Origin: a bacterium
GTDB lineage: Bacteria > SAR324 > JACQKK01
Reading direction: 5' to 3'
NCBI GenBank assembly: GCA_965249525.1
Contig: OZ252237.1
Location: 1,241,470-1,305,469, forward strand
Length of the DNA stretch: 64,000 bases
The notes beneath the pieces are model-generated. The model did not search any database, was not told the DNA's origin, and was given only the letters and a program-made list of their open reading frames with translations. The position numbers were made by a program, and so were the translations under genes. Shown here one piece after another: positions 29,406 to 40,455 of the stretch (position 1 is its first letter; each line of letters opens with the position of its first letter).

Positions 29406-31447
29406 ATGCAGTCTATCAGCAAATGTTTCAAAAAATGTTTCAAACAAGTTCTTAAAGTGCTTAATGCTAAGAGTGCCACTTTCCCTCAGGCTGCACTTGG
29501 CAGTCTGCGGTTTTCCCTTGCCCAAGTATTGTGGGTGATGCTGCCTGTGCTGCTGCTGCTGGGCAGCTGCGGCGGCGGTGGCGGCGGCGGCACACCCGAG
29601 ACACCTGCGCCCAATTTAAGCATCTCAGCTGCTGCTGATGCCAGCAGCGTGAAGCATGAGGAATCTTTCAGCTTTTCGTTCACGGTGAACAATTCCGGTG
29701 ACGCCAGCGCCGACGGCACCACCCTTACAATCTACCGTTCTGCAGACGAAACCCTTGTTCCAGAGGAGGATGAGGTAGAAGCTGACTCAAGCTCGGTTCC
29801 TGAACTGGCTGCTGGGGCTACTTCTGATACTATTTCTACCACCATTACCATACCCGTAACCCTTGCCCCTGGTGATTATCACTACTACGCTTGTGTTACA
29901 AATACCAACATCTGTTCCCAAGCTTTTACAATAACGGTTGCAGGTATTCCAGACCTCGGGTTGGGTTCCGCTGTTGCTGATACCGACATCTTGCAACGTG
30001 GGAAATCTTTCACTTTCTCTGTCACGGTAAGCAATGTCGGCAGCGGCCGCAGCTCCGCCAGTGCCACCCTTGGAGTCTACCGTTCTGTAGACAACAGCAT
30101 CACCCCAGATTCTGATACTGAGGTTGGCACAGAAGTCACGGTGCCTGAACTGGATGCTGGCGACACCATTCCTAGTCTTAGCACCATGATTACCGCACCT
30201 GATGACCTTGCAGCTGAAACTTATTACTACTACGCCTGTGTGGGTGTTGCGGGTGATGCCGACAGAACCAATGACTGTTCTAATTCTGTTGCAATTCAGG
30301 TAACTGAGACCAAGCCTTCCCGTGCCATCTTCGCAGGGCATGGTCACTCTTGTGCCATTGTGGAAAGGGGCGAAGCCTGGTGCTGGGGAGATAATGGAGA
30401 TGGCCAGCTGGGCAACAACAGCAACGCTGACAGAAACAGACCCGTGGCTGTGGTGCAAACCCTTGCCGATGCTGATGCCATCCCTCCCATCTCTCTCACC
30501 CATCTTAGCGGGGTGACGAACATGGCAGCAGGGGGAGACCACACTTGTGCCATTGTCAGTGGCGCCGCCAAGTGCTGGGGGCAAACGGCAATGGACGATT
30601 GGGCGACAACAGCATCGGTAACAGACGTATTCCCGTGCAGGTTTCAGGGCTGACCAGCGAGGTCACTGCCATCTCAGCAGGGAATGCTCACACTTGTGCG
30701 ATTGTAGATGACGCCGCCTGGTGCTGGGGAAGTAACGGCAATGGACGGCTGGGTGACGACAGCACCAATGAACGCAGGACCCCCGTGCAGGTTGATGGAC
30801 TGACCAGCGATGTTGAAGCCATCTCAGCAGGGGAAGCCCACACTTGTGCCATTGTAGATGGCGCCGCCAAGTGCTGGGGGAACAACGATGATGGCAGACT
30901 GGGCGACGGCGAAACCACTCATAGAGATACTCCTGTAGAGGTTAGTGGTCTGGGCAGCAATGTTACTGCCATCTCAGCAGGGACTAAGCACACTTGTGCG
31001 GTTCACCAGGGCGCCGCCAAGTGTTGGGGAAGGGGCTCTCGTGGCCGGCTGGGCAACAATAGCACCTCTGAGAGCCGTACTCCAGCGGATGTGGTGCAAA
31101 CCCCTGTTGCTGGTACGACCCCTGCCGTCTTGCTGGACAGCGGAGTGACTGCCATCTCAGCAGGGGAGTATCACACTTGTGCCATTCACAATGGCGCTGC
31201 TTTGTGCTGGGGATCGAGGTTCGCTGGCAAGCTGGGTATTGGTGGTTCCACCTCTGGTAACCGCATCTGGCCTGCGCAGGTTTCGGGGCTGGGCAGCGAT
31301 GTCTCTGCTATTTCAGTAGGGAATAATCACTCTTGTGCCATTCACCAGGGAATTGCCAAGTGCTGGGGTACCAACTCAGCTGGCATACTAGGCGATGGCG
31401 GCGGTTCTTCACGTAGCTCCACCCCCGTACGCGTGCTGTTTCCATAA
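29406..31447 (+). pseudogene. CARDB x2 + RCC1 x7 lipoprotein split by a -1 frameshift in a G run (30577-30581)
   Basis: ORFs 29406-30653 and 30545-31447 join as KCWG-ANGNGRLG if G5 were G6. Confidence 0.8.
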
Positions 31448-31739
31448 GCTGTGGTAGGTTTTTTATGCTGGCAGGGGTCTTGCCCCCGCTGCCAGCACCC
31501 TGCACCTCTTGCTAGTAAAAAATACGCAAAAGAGCTGGGGCATCAGCCCAGCAAGCCTGTAAGCACAAGGGTTTACTTGCTGCGCCCCGCTGCATGAGGC
31601 AGAATCTCTAGCATGCCTTGTGGGCAGTCGCCCTTTCATCCAACCCCGCCTTTGAACCAACTTGCTGCTTGCCCCCACAGGCTGCAGCCGTTACCATTGC
31701 AGGCAGCCGCTGATGAACCCACGCCCCCGAGCTTAGCCC

Positions 31740-32702
31740 ATGTCTGCTTTATTGCCACCATCGCTTGCGCCTCCTGGGCATGCTTCCTCGCATGCAGCAC
31801 AGGCAGCACAGCAGCTGTTTCAGCTGCTGCATCAAATGCGTCAACGGCTGGAAAAACTGGACGGTCACCGCTTTGTCCAAGACCCCTGGCAGCGACCAGC
31901 AGGCGGAGGCGGTTTAAGCTGCGTGCTGGAACAAGGCCAGCTGTTTGAAAAAGCCGGGGTGTTGTTCTCCTCTGTCCATGGTGAGAAACTCCCCCCATCC
32001 ACCCTGATGCCAGCTGACGCCCAGCAGCAAACGCAAGCACCCTTTTTTGCCGTAGGAGTTTCGCTGATTCTACACCCGCACAACCCCTATGTGCCTGCCA
32101 CACATCTCAACCTGCGTTATTTTGAAGTGGGCGACTGCTGGTGGTTCGGCGGAGGCATGGACCTAACCCCCTGTTATCCATTCAAGGAAGACTGCATCCG
32201 TTTTCATCAGGCTGCCAAAGGCGCTTGCGATGCCTTTGACTGCGCTTGGTACCCCCATTTCAAACGCTGGTGCGATGAATACTTTTACCTGCCCCACAGA
32301 AAGGAACAGCGCGGCGTGGGAGGCATTTTCTTCAACCATCTGCGCCCCGCCAAACACCAGCGTGGACTGGACTTCCTGATGGCAGTAGCACAAGCCTTCT
32401 TGCAGGCGTATCCCGCCATTGCAGCTGCCAGACAACCCCTCCCCTACAGCCAGCGCCAGCGCAACTTCTTGCAGTACCGCCGTGGCCGCTATGCGGAATT
32501 CAACCTACTTTATGATCAAGGAACATTATTCGGCTTGCAATCTGGCGGGCGGGTGGAAGCCATTCTCATGTCCCTGCCCCCACTGGTCAGCTGGCACTAC
32601 AATTGGCAGACAGAAGACCACAGCCCCGAAAGCCTCATGCAGTGCTTCTTACAACCCCATGATTGGGCCAGCTGTGAAGCTATAAGCAGCAAAATCCGCT
32701 GA
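31740..32702 (+). CDS. hemF: Oxygen-dependent coproporphyrinogen III oxidase
   Basis: HPHNPYVPATHLNLRYF, WWFGGGMDLTP, RRGRYAEFNL, ILMSLPP. Confidence 0.95.
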   Translation: MSALLPPSLAPPGHASSHAAQAAQQLFQLLHQMRQRLEKLDGHRFVQDPWQRPAGGGGLSCVLEQGQLFEKAGVLFSSVHGEKLPPSTLMPADAQQQTQAPFFAVGVSLILHPHNPYVPATHLNLRYFEVGDCWWFGGGMDLTPCYPFKEDCIRFHQAAKGACDAFDCAWYPHFKRWCDEYFYLPHRKEQRGVGGIFFNHLRPAKHQRGLDFLMAVAQAFLQAYPAIAAARQPLPYSQRQRNFLQYRRGRYAEFNLLYDQGTLFGLQSGGRVEAILMSLPPLVSWHYNWQTEDHSPESLMQCFLQPHDWASCEAISSKIR

Positions 32703-32837
32703 TGTCTTCTCTTTTTTTAGCAATTTTTTGCAATATAAACCTATTAATAACAATCACTTATGCAATAAATCAGAAAAAGCTAAAAAATAGCTTGTAATAT
32801 CGTTGTTTTTTGCATACTATTTTAAACATAAGTTATG

Positions 32838-33060
32838 TGTCGGATCCCGGGCTCCCCCCTTCCCCCCCAATCCCGCCCGGGGTCCGATCTCTTTTTTGCT
32901 TACATTCAAGTCCCCCACAACCTCTTAGCGCACTGGGCGTTAAGGGGCAGTATTCACGTGTGGGTTTGTGTGTAGTGTCTGCCAGTATACACGCTGTTGC
33001 TGTATGGCTGTTGCTGTGTGCCAGCGACACTTTTAGCAGCATAGAAGGCTGCTAACGGGT
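32838..33060. ncRNA. Structured intergenic region, candidate sRNA or terminator complex (unassigned)
   Basis: cggatcccgggc/gcccggggtccg stem with C-rich loop and T run; further stems at ~32922-32946 and ttagcagc/gctgctaa. Confidence 0.3.
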
Positions 33061-33210
33061 CATTATATAGTGAAAAATATAGTGAAAAATAAAAGCAAAT
33101 TTTTTACATCAAGGGGCTTGCCTATCCCTAATAGATAAGATAGGGTGTTTTTTGTTAAAGAATTTGGCAGGAATCAGCCTCAACAGTAGAGAGGGAGAGG
33201 TCTTTATCAT

Positions 33211-34281
33211 ATGAAAGATTGGACGTATCTCAATCATCGTCAACAGTTGTTGCTGCAAATAGGAACAATTGCAGCACTACTTTTGCTGTTCTCTCTTTGG
33301 ATTTTCAAAAACGCACAAGCCCCTGGTATCTTAAAGACGGAGCAAGCCCCATCTCAGCAGATAACCTCAGGGGAAAATCCAGAGTTTAAGAGTCCCTTTT
33401 CTTTGGAAGCACTGCGGCATCGTCTACCGCCTGAGGGAGTGGCAAAAGTACATGCCCATATTGAACACTTCCGCGTTCATCAACATAAAAGAATCACCGG
33501 CGGACTGGGGCGTTCCAATCGCTACATGCAACGCTATCGCAAAATCTTCCAGCAATATGGTGTACCTGAAGAACTGACTTATCTGCCCCTAATAGAAAGC
33601 GGATTTACCGAAACAGCTGTATCTCCTGCACAGGCGGTGGGAATGTGGCAGTTTATCGCCTCCACCGGGAAACTCTTTGACCTGCACACCAACCAATGGA
33701 GTGACAGCCGTCGTGACCCCATCCAAAGTGCCCATGCGGCTGCGCGCTATTTACATCAGCTGCACCAGCGTTTTAACAACTGGGAGTTGTCCTTGGCAGC
33801 CTATAATGCCGGCGCCAACACAGTACGGTGGGCTGTGCGTCGCAACCAACGCGCAGGAAAACCCACAAACTTCTGGCATCTAGACCTCCCTGAAGAAACC
33901 CAAAACTATGTACCTGCCCTTTTGGCTACGGTGGTGATAGCCAAAAATCCAGAAGCCTTTGGCTTAAAAGTACGTTTTGAACCACAGCTGCATTTTGAAG
34001 AAATCCAAGTAGGGCCTGCCATCCATCTGAATTTGCTGGCAGGTGTGATGAATGTCCCCTTATCCAAACTGCGCGAACTCAACCCCCAATTGCTGCGCGA
34101 TACCATACCCCCAGTCCAAGGCATTTATTCCCTGCGTATCCCCAGTGGTTCAACCCAATACCTGCTTGAACAACTCAACACCAAAACAAAAAAACCCTGG
34201 GTGCTTCATTACCAAGACGAACAGTCTCAAAACTCTCCCAAAGGTTTTGTGATAAAAGAATCGCCCATACCCACACCTTAG
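33211..34281 (+). CDS. Membrane-bound lytic murein transglycosylase, MltD/SLT family
   Basis: LPLIESGF, AVGMWQFI, LAAYNAG, PEETQNYVP. Confidence 0.9.
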   Translation: MKDWTYLNHRQQLLLQIGTIAALLLLFSLWIFKNAQAPGILKTEQAPSQQITSGENPEFKSPFSLEALRHRLPPEGVAKVHAHIEHFRVHQHKRITGGLGRSNRYMQRYRKIFQQYGVPEELTYLPLIESGFTETAVSPAQAVGMWQFIASTGKLFDLHTNQWSDSRRDPIQSAHAAARYLHQLHQRFNNWELSLAAYNAGANTVRWAVRRNQRAGKPTNFWHLDLPEETQNYVPALLATVVIAKNPEAFGLKVRFEPQLHFEEIQVGPAIHLNLLAGVMNVPLSKLRELNPQLLRDTIPPVQGIYSLRIPSGSTQYLLEQLNTKTKKPWVLHYQDEQSQNSPKGFVIKESPIPTP

Positions 34282-34409
34282 CCTCTGCTTTTTCCAATCC
34301 AAGTGAGCATCGCTTTTGCTGCTTGCCAAACCTTTGCTTTGCTGCATATTGTTGTAGGAGATAGGTTTTTTTCGCAGCATCTCTTTCAGCGTCAGCGCCA
34401 TACCTAGCG

Positions 34410-35441
34410 ATGACTCAATACTTCTTAAAACGCCTGCTAGTTATTGCCCCCACCTTCCTGGGCATCACCTTGATGACCTTCATTGTGGTCAATCTGGCAC
34501 CTGGCGGACCCATTGAAAAAACCTTGCGTGAAATTCGCTTTGGGGCAGCACAAGCTGGTGTATTCAGTGCCAGCGAAATTACCAACCAAGGTGTCTCTGA
34601 GGAGGTACTCTCCCAACTGCGCCAACAGTTCGGCTTTGATAAACCTCTCCCCGTCCGCTACTTCATCTGGCTGGGACGGCTGTTGAGGCTGGACTTTGGC
34701 ACTTCCTTTGTTCATGACGAACCTGTCTTAAATGTGATTGCCAGCAAATTCCCTATCTCTTTAATGTTTGGAATCACCTCCCTGCTGCTGACTTACCTCA
34801 TCTGCATTCCGCTGGGCGTACTAAAAGCTGTGCGCGATGGCAGCTGGTTTGATTCTTCCTCCTCTATGCTGGTGTTTGCAGGTTATGCCACCCCTTCTTT
34901 AATGCTGGGCATTCTGCTGATTGTGCTTTTCGGAGGAGGCAGCTTCTTCAACTGGTTTCCCATCTCTGGCACCGTCTCCGACCTGCACGACACCTTCGGC
35001 TTCACACAACGCATCTGGGACAGAATCCATCATGCCATCTTGCCCCTCATCAGCTACCTGGCGGGCAACTTTGCCACCCTCACCCTGCTGATGAAAAACT
35101 CCTACCTGGAAGAACTGCAAAAGCCCTATGTCACCACCGCCCGTGCCAAAGGACTCAGCGAAATCACTGTGCGCTATCGTCATGTACTGCGCAATGCGCT
35201 TATTCCTATCGTCACAGGTCTGGGCAGCTTCTTGGGGGTGTTTTTTGTAGGCAATCTGTTCATTGAGCAAATCTTCACGCTTGATGGCATGGGGCTGCTG
35301 TTTTACAACTCTCTGCTGGCCCGCGATTATCCTGTTATCCTAGGCTTGCTCAGTTTGATTAGCATAATTTTGCTGATTGGCAATGTTATCAGTGACTTCT
35401 TCTATGTACTCGTTGACCCCCGCATTGACTTTGGCAAATAA
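34410..35441 (+). CDS. Peptide ABC transporter permease (YejB/OppB-like)
   Basis: APGGP, FGFDKP, YVTTARAKGL, RDYPVILG. Confidence 0.9.
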   Translation: MTQYFLKRLLVIAPTFLGITLMTFIVVNLAPGGPIEKTLREIRFGAAQAGVFSASEITNQGVSEEVLSQLRQQFGFDKPLPVRYFIWLGRLLRLDFGTSFVHDEPVLNVIASKFPISLMFGITSLLLTYLICIPLGVLKAVRDGSWFDSSSSMLVFAGYATPSLMLGILLIVLFGGGSFFNWFPISGTVSDLHDTFGFTQRIWDRIHHAILPLISYLAGNFATLTLLMKNSYLEELQKPYVTTARAKGLSEITVRYRHVLRNALIPIVTGLGSFLGVFFVGNLFIEQIFTLDGMGLLFYNSLLARDYPVILGLLSLISIILLIGNVISDFFYVLVDPRIDFGK

Positions 35442-35465
35442 CCTCCTCCACCCCGCTTTTCCCCA

Positions 35466-36500
35466 GTGCATTTTCAGCTAGACTCCATCACCCGCGCCCG
35501 CCTGGCAGCTTTTCGCAAACGCAAACTGTCGTGGTATTCATTATTGACCCTGATAATACTGTTCACGGTTTCACTGGGTGCAGAGTTGTTGGTGAACAAC
35601 CGCCCCCTGGTCATGCACTGGCAAGGAGACTGGTACTTCCCCGTCTTCCAACGCTACGCCCCCAGCCAGTTTCAGCAGCAAGATACCTTCGTCACTGACT
35701 ACCGCAGCATTCGGCTGTCCCAGGGCGATTGGGCTGTCTGGCCGTTGGTGCGTTGGGGTCCCTTGGAGTCAGATGGCAGCTTAGAGTTTTTCCCTTCATC
35801 CCCCAGCCTCCAACATTGGCTGGGGGTGGATGACAAGGGGCGGGATTTGCTCGCTCGTCTGCTGTATGGATTTCGTCTTTCTATGTTGTTTGCCCTGGGG
35901 GTGTGGCTACTCTCTTTTGCTATGGGCATGCTGGCCGGTGCTTTGCAAGGCTACTTTGGAGGACGCACCGATTTCTACGGACAACGTTTCTCTGAAATTT
36001 GGAGTGCTGTCCCCGTCTTCTTTCTGGTGATTACCATCAGTGCCATCTTTACTCCTGGGATCATTCTCTTAGCACTGCTGTTTGCTGTCTTCGGCTGGAC
36101 AGGCATTGCCCAATACCAACGTGCCGAATTCTTAAATCTGCGACGCCGCGAATTCATTGAAGCTGCCCGCATAGCAGGTGCCAGCCACTGGCGCATCATT
36201 TGGCTGCATGTCATGCCTAACGCCATCACGCCTCTCATTACCTTCACTCCCTTCACCATCGCAGGCGGCATTACCGGCATCGCTGCCCTGGACTACCTCG
36301 GCTTTGGAATCCAGCCCCCAGCACCCAGCTGGGGAGAACTGCTGCGACAAGCCCTGGAACACTTTTCCACCGCCTGGTGGATTGCCGTTTATACCGTGGG
36401 CGTAATGTTTGGCATATTGCTGCTGCTGGTCTTCATCAATGAGGGCGCACGCGAAGCCTTTGACCCCCACAAGGTCTTCCACGAAAGCACCGATATCTAA
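35466..36500 (+). CDS. Peptide ABC transporter permease (YejE/OppC-like)
   Basis: HWLGVDDKGRD, EFIEAARIAGA, LDYLGFG..P..PSWGELL. Confidence 0.9.
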   Translation: MHFQLDSITRARLAAFRKRKLSWYSLLTLIILFTVSLGAELLVNNRPLVMHWQGDWYFPVFQRYAPSQFQQQDTFVTDYRSIRLSQGDWAVWPLVRWGPLESDGSLEFFPSSPSLQHWLGVDDKGRDLLARLLYGFRLSMLFALGVWLLSFAMGMLAGALQGYFGGRTDFYGQRFSEIWSAVPVFFLVITISAIFTPGIILLALLFAVFGWTGIAQYQRAEFLNLRRREFIEAARIAGASHWRIIWLHVMPNAITPLITFTPFTIAGGITGIAALDYLGFGIQPPAPSWGELLRQALEHFSTAWWIAVYTVGVMFGILLLLVFINEGAREAFDPHKVFHESTDI

Positions 36501-36550
36501 AGCACCGATATCTAAAGCACCGATATCTAAAGCACCGATATCTAAAGCAC
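36484..36550. repeat. 15-bp tandem repeat x4.5 spanning the permease stop codon
   Basis: aaagcaccgatatct units. Confidence 0.95.
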
Positions 36551-36678
36551 TTCCAACCACCACCCGAAACATCCCGCTGACAGCATAGGTCTCCCTGCTG
36601 CTGCCGTGTCCCACAAACCCTTCTTGGGTAGTGGGGACTGATTGCAGCAGCCAGCTGCTGTTGTGCCTTTTCAGGGAG

Positions 36679-37080
36679 ATTGTAAGAAATTGTGTAGAAA
36701 AATGAAGAAAAAGTGCATTCGCTTAGCAGCCGAGACAACGGTTGTTATCATGAAAATAGGAGTGGTAGTGCACGTTCTTGAACAGGAAAGACTTGTATCA
36801 GTAATTTATTATGCCTCCATTCAAACTGATGCAAGTCTTTCCTCTTCTTTCTCATAAAAAAGAAAAATACGCTAACCCAATTGTAAGAAATCGTGTAGAA
36901 AAATGAAGAAAAAGTGCATTCGCTTAGCAGCTGAGACAGCGGTTGTTATCATGAAAATAGGAGTGGTAGTGCACGTTCTTGAACAGGAAAGACTTGTATC
37001 AGTAATTTATTATGCCTCCATCCAAACTGATGCAAGTCCTTCCTCTTCTTTCTCATAAAAAAGAAAAATATGCTAACCCA
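36679..37080. repeat. 201-bp tandem duplication (36679-36879 / 36880-37080)
   Basis: Near-identical copies from attgtaagaaa to gctaaccca. Confidence 0.95.
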
Positions 37081-37137
37081 GGTGATGTTTCTGGCAACTT
37101 GCTAAAGATGTATATCGCCATAAAAAAGGAGAACCCT

Positions 37138-37830
37138 ATGAAAACCTACATTTTACCCACATACCCTTATTTAGTTGATATGGTCAGCAAAACCAAGCAA
37201 CCGGGGCTTTACAATGCTTTATTGCTGGTAGTCATGCTGCTGCCTTCCCTTACGCTGTTCTCCTGCGGAGGCGGCGGCAGCGGCAGCGGCGGCAGCGGCG
37301 GCAGCGGCAGCGAAACAGCAGCAGCAGCACCAGCCCCTCTCTCAGACAACATTTATCTGTGGACAACAACCTCACAGTACAATGGCAATTTGGGCGGAAT
37401 AGAGGGTGCAAATAACAAATGCGCTGGCGATGACGCCAAGATAGCTGCTTTGCCAACGGGTGAATTTACTTATACCCATCAGGCAGTACTGGCTGGAAGT
37501 GAATCTCATTCCAGCAGCATTATACCCAGTACGGACACCCGTGAAGTCCAGCGTCCCGACAGCACCAAGATTGCTGACAACTACCAAGCTTTTGCAGGCA
37601 GCACTAATGCTGTGGATGCCAGCGTGACCAGCAATAACATTGAATACTGGACAGGCTTAGATTATTCTGTTGGGGATGCTACCTTTGCCCTAAGCAACCA
37701 CTGCAACAATTGGGGTGTGTCATCAGGTACTGGTGCTGTTGGACGTTCTATAGATATTGATGGAGATAGATTAGGCAATTACATACCTGCCTGTAATACC
37801 CCGCAATATCTTTTGTGCCTTAGTCATTAA
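37138..37830 (+). CDS. DUF1554 (endostatin/C-type-lectin-like) lipoprotein P1
   Basis: Lipobox LFSC + Gly; YNGNLGGIEGANNKC...WTGL...CNNW...C...LLC pattern; GGAG RBS before ATG 37138. Confidence 0.75.
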   Translation: MKTYILPTYPYLVDMVSKTKQPGLYNALLLVVMLLPSLTLFSCGGGGSGSGGSGGSGSETAAAAPAPLSDNIYLWTTTSQYNGNLGGIEGANNKCAGDDAKIAALPTGEFTYTHQAVLAGSESHSSSIIPSTDTREVQRPDSTKIADNYQAFAGSTNAVDASVTSNNIEYWTGLDYSVGDATFALSNHCNNWGVSSGTGAVGRSIDIDGDRLGNYIPACNTPQYLLCLSH

Positions 37831-37897
37831 TTTGCACCCCCAGCAAAAAAAGGGTAACATATTAGGTAGTTCTTTCTCCCATTCTAGGAGTACCTGC

Positions 37898-38587
37898 ATG
37901 CAAACCCACCTCTGGTCTCAGTCTATCTCAGTAAAATCAAGCAGGGGGCATCAAGCACTCCTGCTGTTGGCAGCCCTGCTGCTGCCCTCCCTCATACTGT
38001 TCTCCTGTGGAGGCAGTGGAGGAGGCGGCGGCGGAGACAAAACAGCAGCAGCCCCTCCCCCAGACCCCATTTATCTGTGGACAACAACAACCTCAGATCA
38101 CACGGGCAATTTGGGCGGAATAGTTGAAGCAAATAAGGTATGCGCTAACGATACCGCCAAGATAGCTGCTTTGCCAGATTTGCCAACGGGTGTTACTTAT
38201 ACCCATCAGGCAGTACTGGCTGATGCTGGATCTCATCCCAGCAGCATTATACCCAGTTCGGACACCAATCAAGTCCAGCGTCCTGACGGCACCAAAATTG
38301 CTGAAAACTACCAAGCTTTTGCAGGCAGCACTGCTAATGTGGATGCTGGCGTGACAAGCAATAGCATTGAATACTGGACTGGCTTACAGCCTGACTCTGA
38401 CTCTGGCACATTTACTACTCCTCCTGGTTCTCACTGCAGCAATTGGAGCAACGAAGAAACATCAGGGAGCGGTTTTATTGGACTTTCTCAAGAGGCCGGC
38501 TCGGGTAGATTAGGCCGCCGTGGAGTTTCTTTCTGCAATAGCACGCACCATCTTTTGTGCATCAGTCACACTCCTCCTACTGAGTGA
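37898..38587 (+). CDS. DUF1554-like lipoprotein P2
   Basis: AGGAG RBS, MQTHLWSQ leader, LFSC, same Cys/Trp pattern. Confidence 0.75.
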   Translation: MQTHLWSQSISVKSSRGHQALLLLAALLLPSLILFSCGGSGGGGGGDKTAAAPPPDPIYLWTTTTSDHTGNLGGIVEANKVCANDTAKIAALPDLPTGVTYTHQAVLADAGSHPSSIIPSSDTNQVQRPDGTKIAENYQAFAGSTANVDAGVTSNSIEYWTGLQPDSDSGTFTTPPGSHCSNWSNEETSGSGFIGLSQEAGSGRLGRRGVSFCNSTHHLLCISHTPPTE

Positions 38588-40439
38588 TGTCTGCTGAACT
38601 GCTGCTTTCGCTTTCCAGGTTGCTTACCAATTTGGCATAGAGTCCAGCGTGCTGAAGCAAGGTTTCATGGCTGCCGCTTTCCGCCACGCGCCCTTGGTCT
38701 ATCACCAAGATGCTGTCCGCACTGCGAATGGTACTCAAACGATGGGCAATAGCAATCACTGTGCGGTCTTGAAAGAGTTTGTGGACTGCCGTTTGTATGG
38801 CTTGCTCGGTGATGGAATCCACTGCACTGGTGGCTTCGTCCAACACAATCAGTTCTGATTCCCAAGCAACAGCGCGCGCCAGGGAGAGCAGCTGTCGCTG
38901 CCCCGCAGAAAAATTGCTCCCGCCGCGCTGCACCTGATGCTGGTAGCCCCCTTTGAGTCGCTCAATAAAGCCTGCAGCCTGGGTGTATTCGGCAGCTTGA
39001 CGCATCTGCTGTGAAGGAATCTCCTCCATAGCAATGTTAAAAGCCAACGAGCCTTGAAATAAGAACACATCCTGATGCACCACTGCAATCAGACGAGCAA
39101 GTGTCTCAGCGTGGTATTCCTTCAGTTCGCGTCCGTTAAGCAGAATATGACCCTGATACCCTTCATAAGCGCGCATCAGCAGCTTCACTATAGAAGACTT
39201 GCCTGCACCCGTAGCTCCCACAATCGCCAGCGTTTGCCCGCGCTGGAGAGAAAAATTGACGCCCTTGAGTATTTCCTCTCCCTCTGGTGTATAAGCAAAG
39301 CGCACCTGGCGAAATTCCAGCGAGTGGAACTCTTCCTTGGAGGGCTTGGGGTCAAGATGGTGCTGTTCGCTGACAGCAGGGGGGGTTTCACAAATTTGGT
39401 TGATGTGACTAAGGGCAGCCATGGAACGCTGCAGCAAGGCCAGCTGCTGGGAAAATTCTTTTAAGGGAACAAACAGCCGTTGGATGTACTCCATAAAAGC
39501 CACCAAGACCCCCAAGCTGAGTATACCGAATTGTACTTGGCTGGCACCAAAAGCCAGCACCACCACCATGGCAAGCACGGTAACGCTTTCCACGATAGAG
39601 TACAGGGCAGCATCATGGAAGTTGGAGGTGTTTTGGGCACGCAGGAAGCGTTGGTTTTTGCGTGTATAGCTTTGCAGGGCGGAGGCTTCGGCGCGAAACA
39701 GCTGCAGCACCTTGACCCCAGCCAGACATTCTTGCAGCCAGCCGGTGGCCTCCGAGAGGGCATGGCGCGCTTCATAAAAAGCACTGCGAATGCGCACCCG
39801 AAAGAAACGAATCGCCGCCAGCAGCAGAGGAACAATCAACAGCAGTGCCAGGGTGAGTCGCCAGTCCAGCAAGAACATGGCAATCAGAAATGCTACCATT
39901 TTTAACACATCTACCACCAGCTGCATGGCGTTGCTGCTGAGGCTTTCGCCCAGTGCTTCTACATCGCTGGTGATGCGGGTCAGCACGGTGCCGATGGGGT
40001 GGGAGTCAAAGTAGGCCCGCGGCAGCCTGAGGCTGTGGGCAAACACTCGGGTACGCAGTGCTGCCAGCAGGTTTTGTCCCACCCGCTGCATAGAGGTGAT
40101 GTACACTGCATCGGTAACATAGTCCACCAGCACCGCAGCGATAGCCAGAGAAGCCACCTTCACCAGCCCTGACCAATACGGCGCCAGGCTGCCTTCGTTG
40201 GCAGCAGGGAGGAGGTAGTCATCAATAGCCACCTTGATGAGCCAGGGCGGTATGCTTGCCATAACAGCAGAAATCGGCAGCAGCAGCACTACGCCAAAGA
40301 ACAGCCAGCGCCAGCGCACCAATTCTGGCCACAACATACGCAGCAAGGTGGGCGGCGGGCTGGCAAACAATCGTTTCCAGCAGCGTTCAGCAAAGGGTGG
40401 CAGCCGCTCGGGATATGGCTGCGAGGCAAAAGTGGTCAT
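38577..40439 (-). CDS. ABC exporter ATP-binding/permease subunit (MdlB-like)
   Basis: TM domain, GATGAGKS, FSAGQRQLL, LDEATS, IAHRLSTI. Confidence 0.9.
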   Translation of the reverse strand: MTTFASQPYPERLPPFAERCWKRLFASPPPTLLRMLWPELVRWRWLFFGVVLLLPISAVMASIPPWLIKVAIDDYLLPAANEGSLAPYWSGLVKVASLAIAAVLVDYVTDAVYITSMQRVGQNLLAALRTRVFAHSLRLPRAYFDSHPIGTVLTRITSDVEALGESLSSNAMQLVVDVLKMVAFLIAMFLLDWRLTLALLLIVPLLLAAIRFFRVRIRSAFYEARHALSEATGWLQECLAGVKVLQLFRAEASALQSYTRKNQRFLRAQNTSNFHDAALYSIVESVTVLAMVVVLAFGASQVQFGILSLGVLVAFMEYIQRLFVPLKEFSQQLALLQRSMAALSHINQICETPPAVSEQHHLDPKPSKEEFHSLEFRQVRFAYTPEGEEILKGVNFSLQRGQTLAIVGATGAGKSSIVKLLMRAYEGYQGHILLNGRELKEYHAETLARLIAVVHQDVFLFQGSLAFNIAMEEIPSQQMRQAAEYTQAAGFIERLKGGYQHQVQRGGSNFSAGQRQLLSLARAVAWESELIVLDEATSAVDSITEQAIQTAVHKLFQDRTVIAIAHRLSTIRSADSILVIDQGRVAESGSHETLLQHAGLYAKLVSNLESESSSSADITQ

Positions 40440-40455
40440 TAGGCAGAAATAGTCA

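Noticed and set aside
31467-31497. GC-rich hairpin after the frameshifted gene as an intrinsic terminator
   Set aside because: The T run precedes rather than follows the stem, so it is non-canonical on both strands; left unassigned
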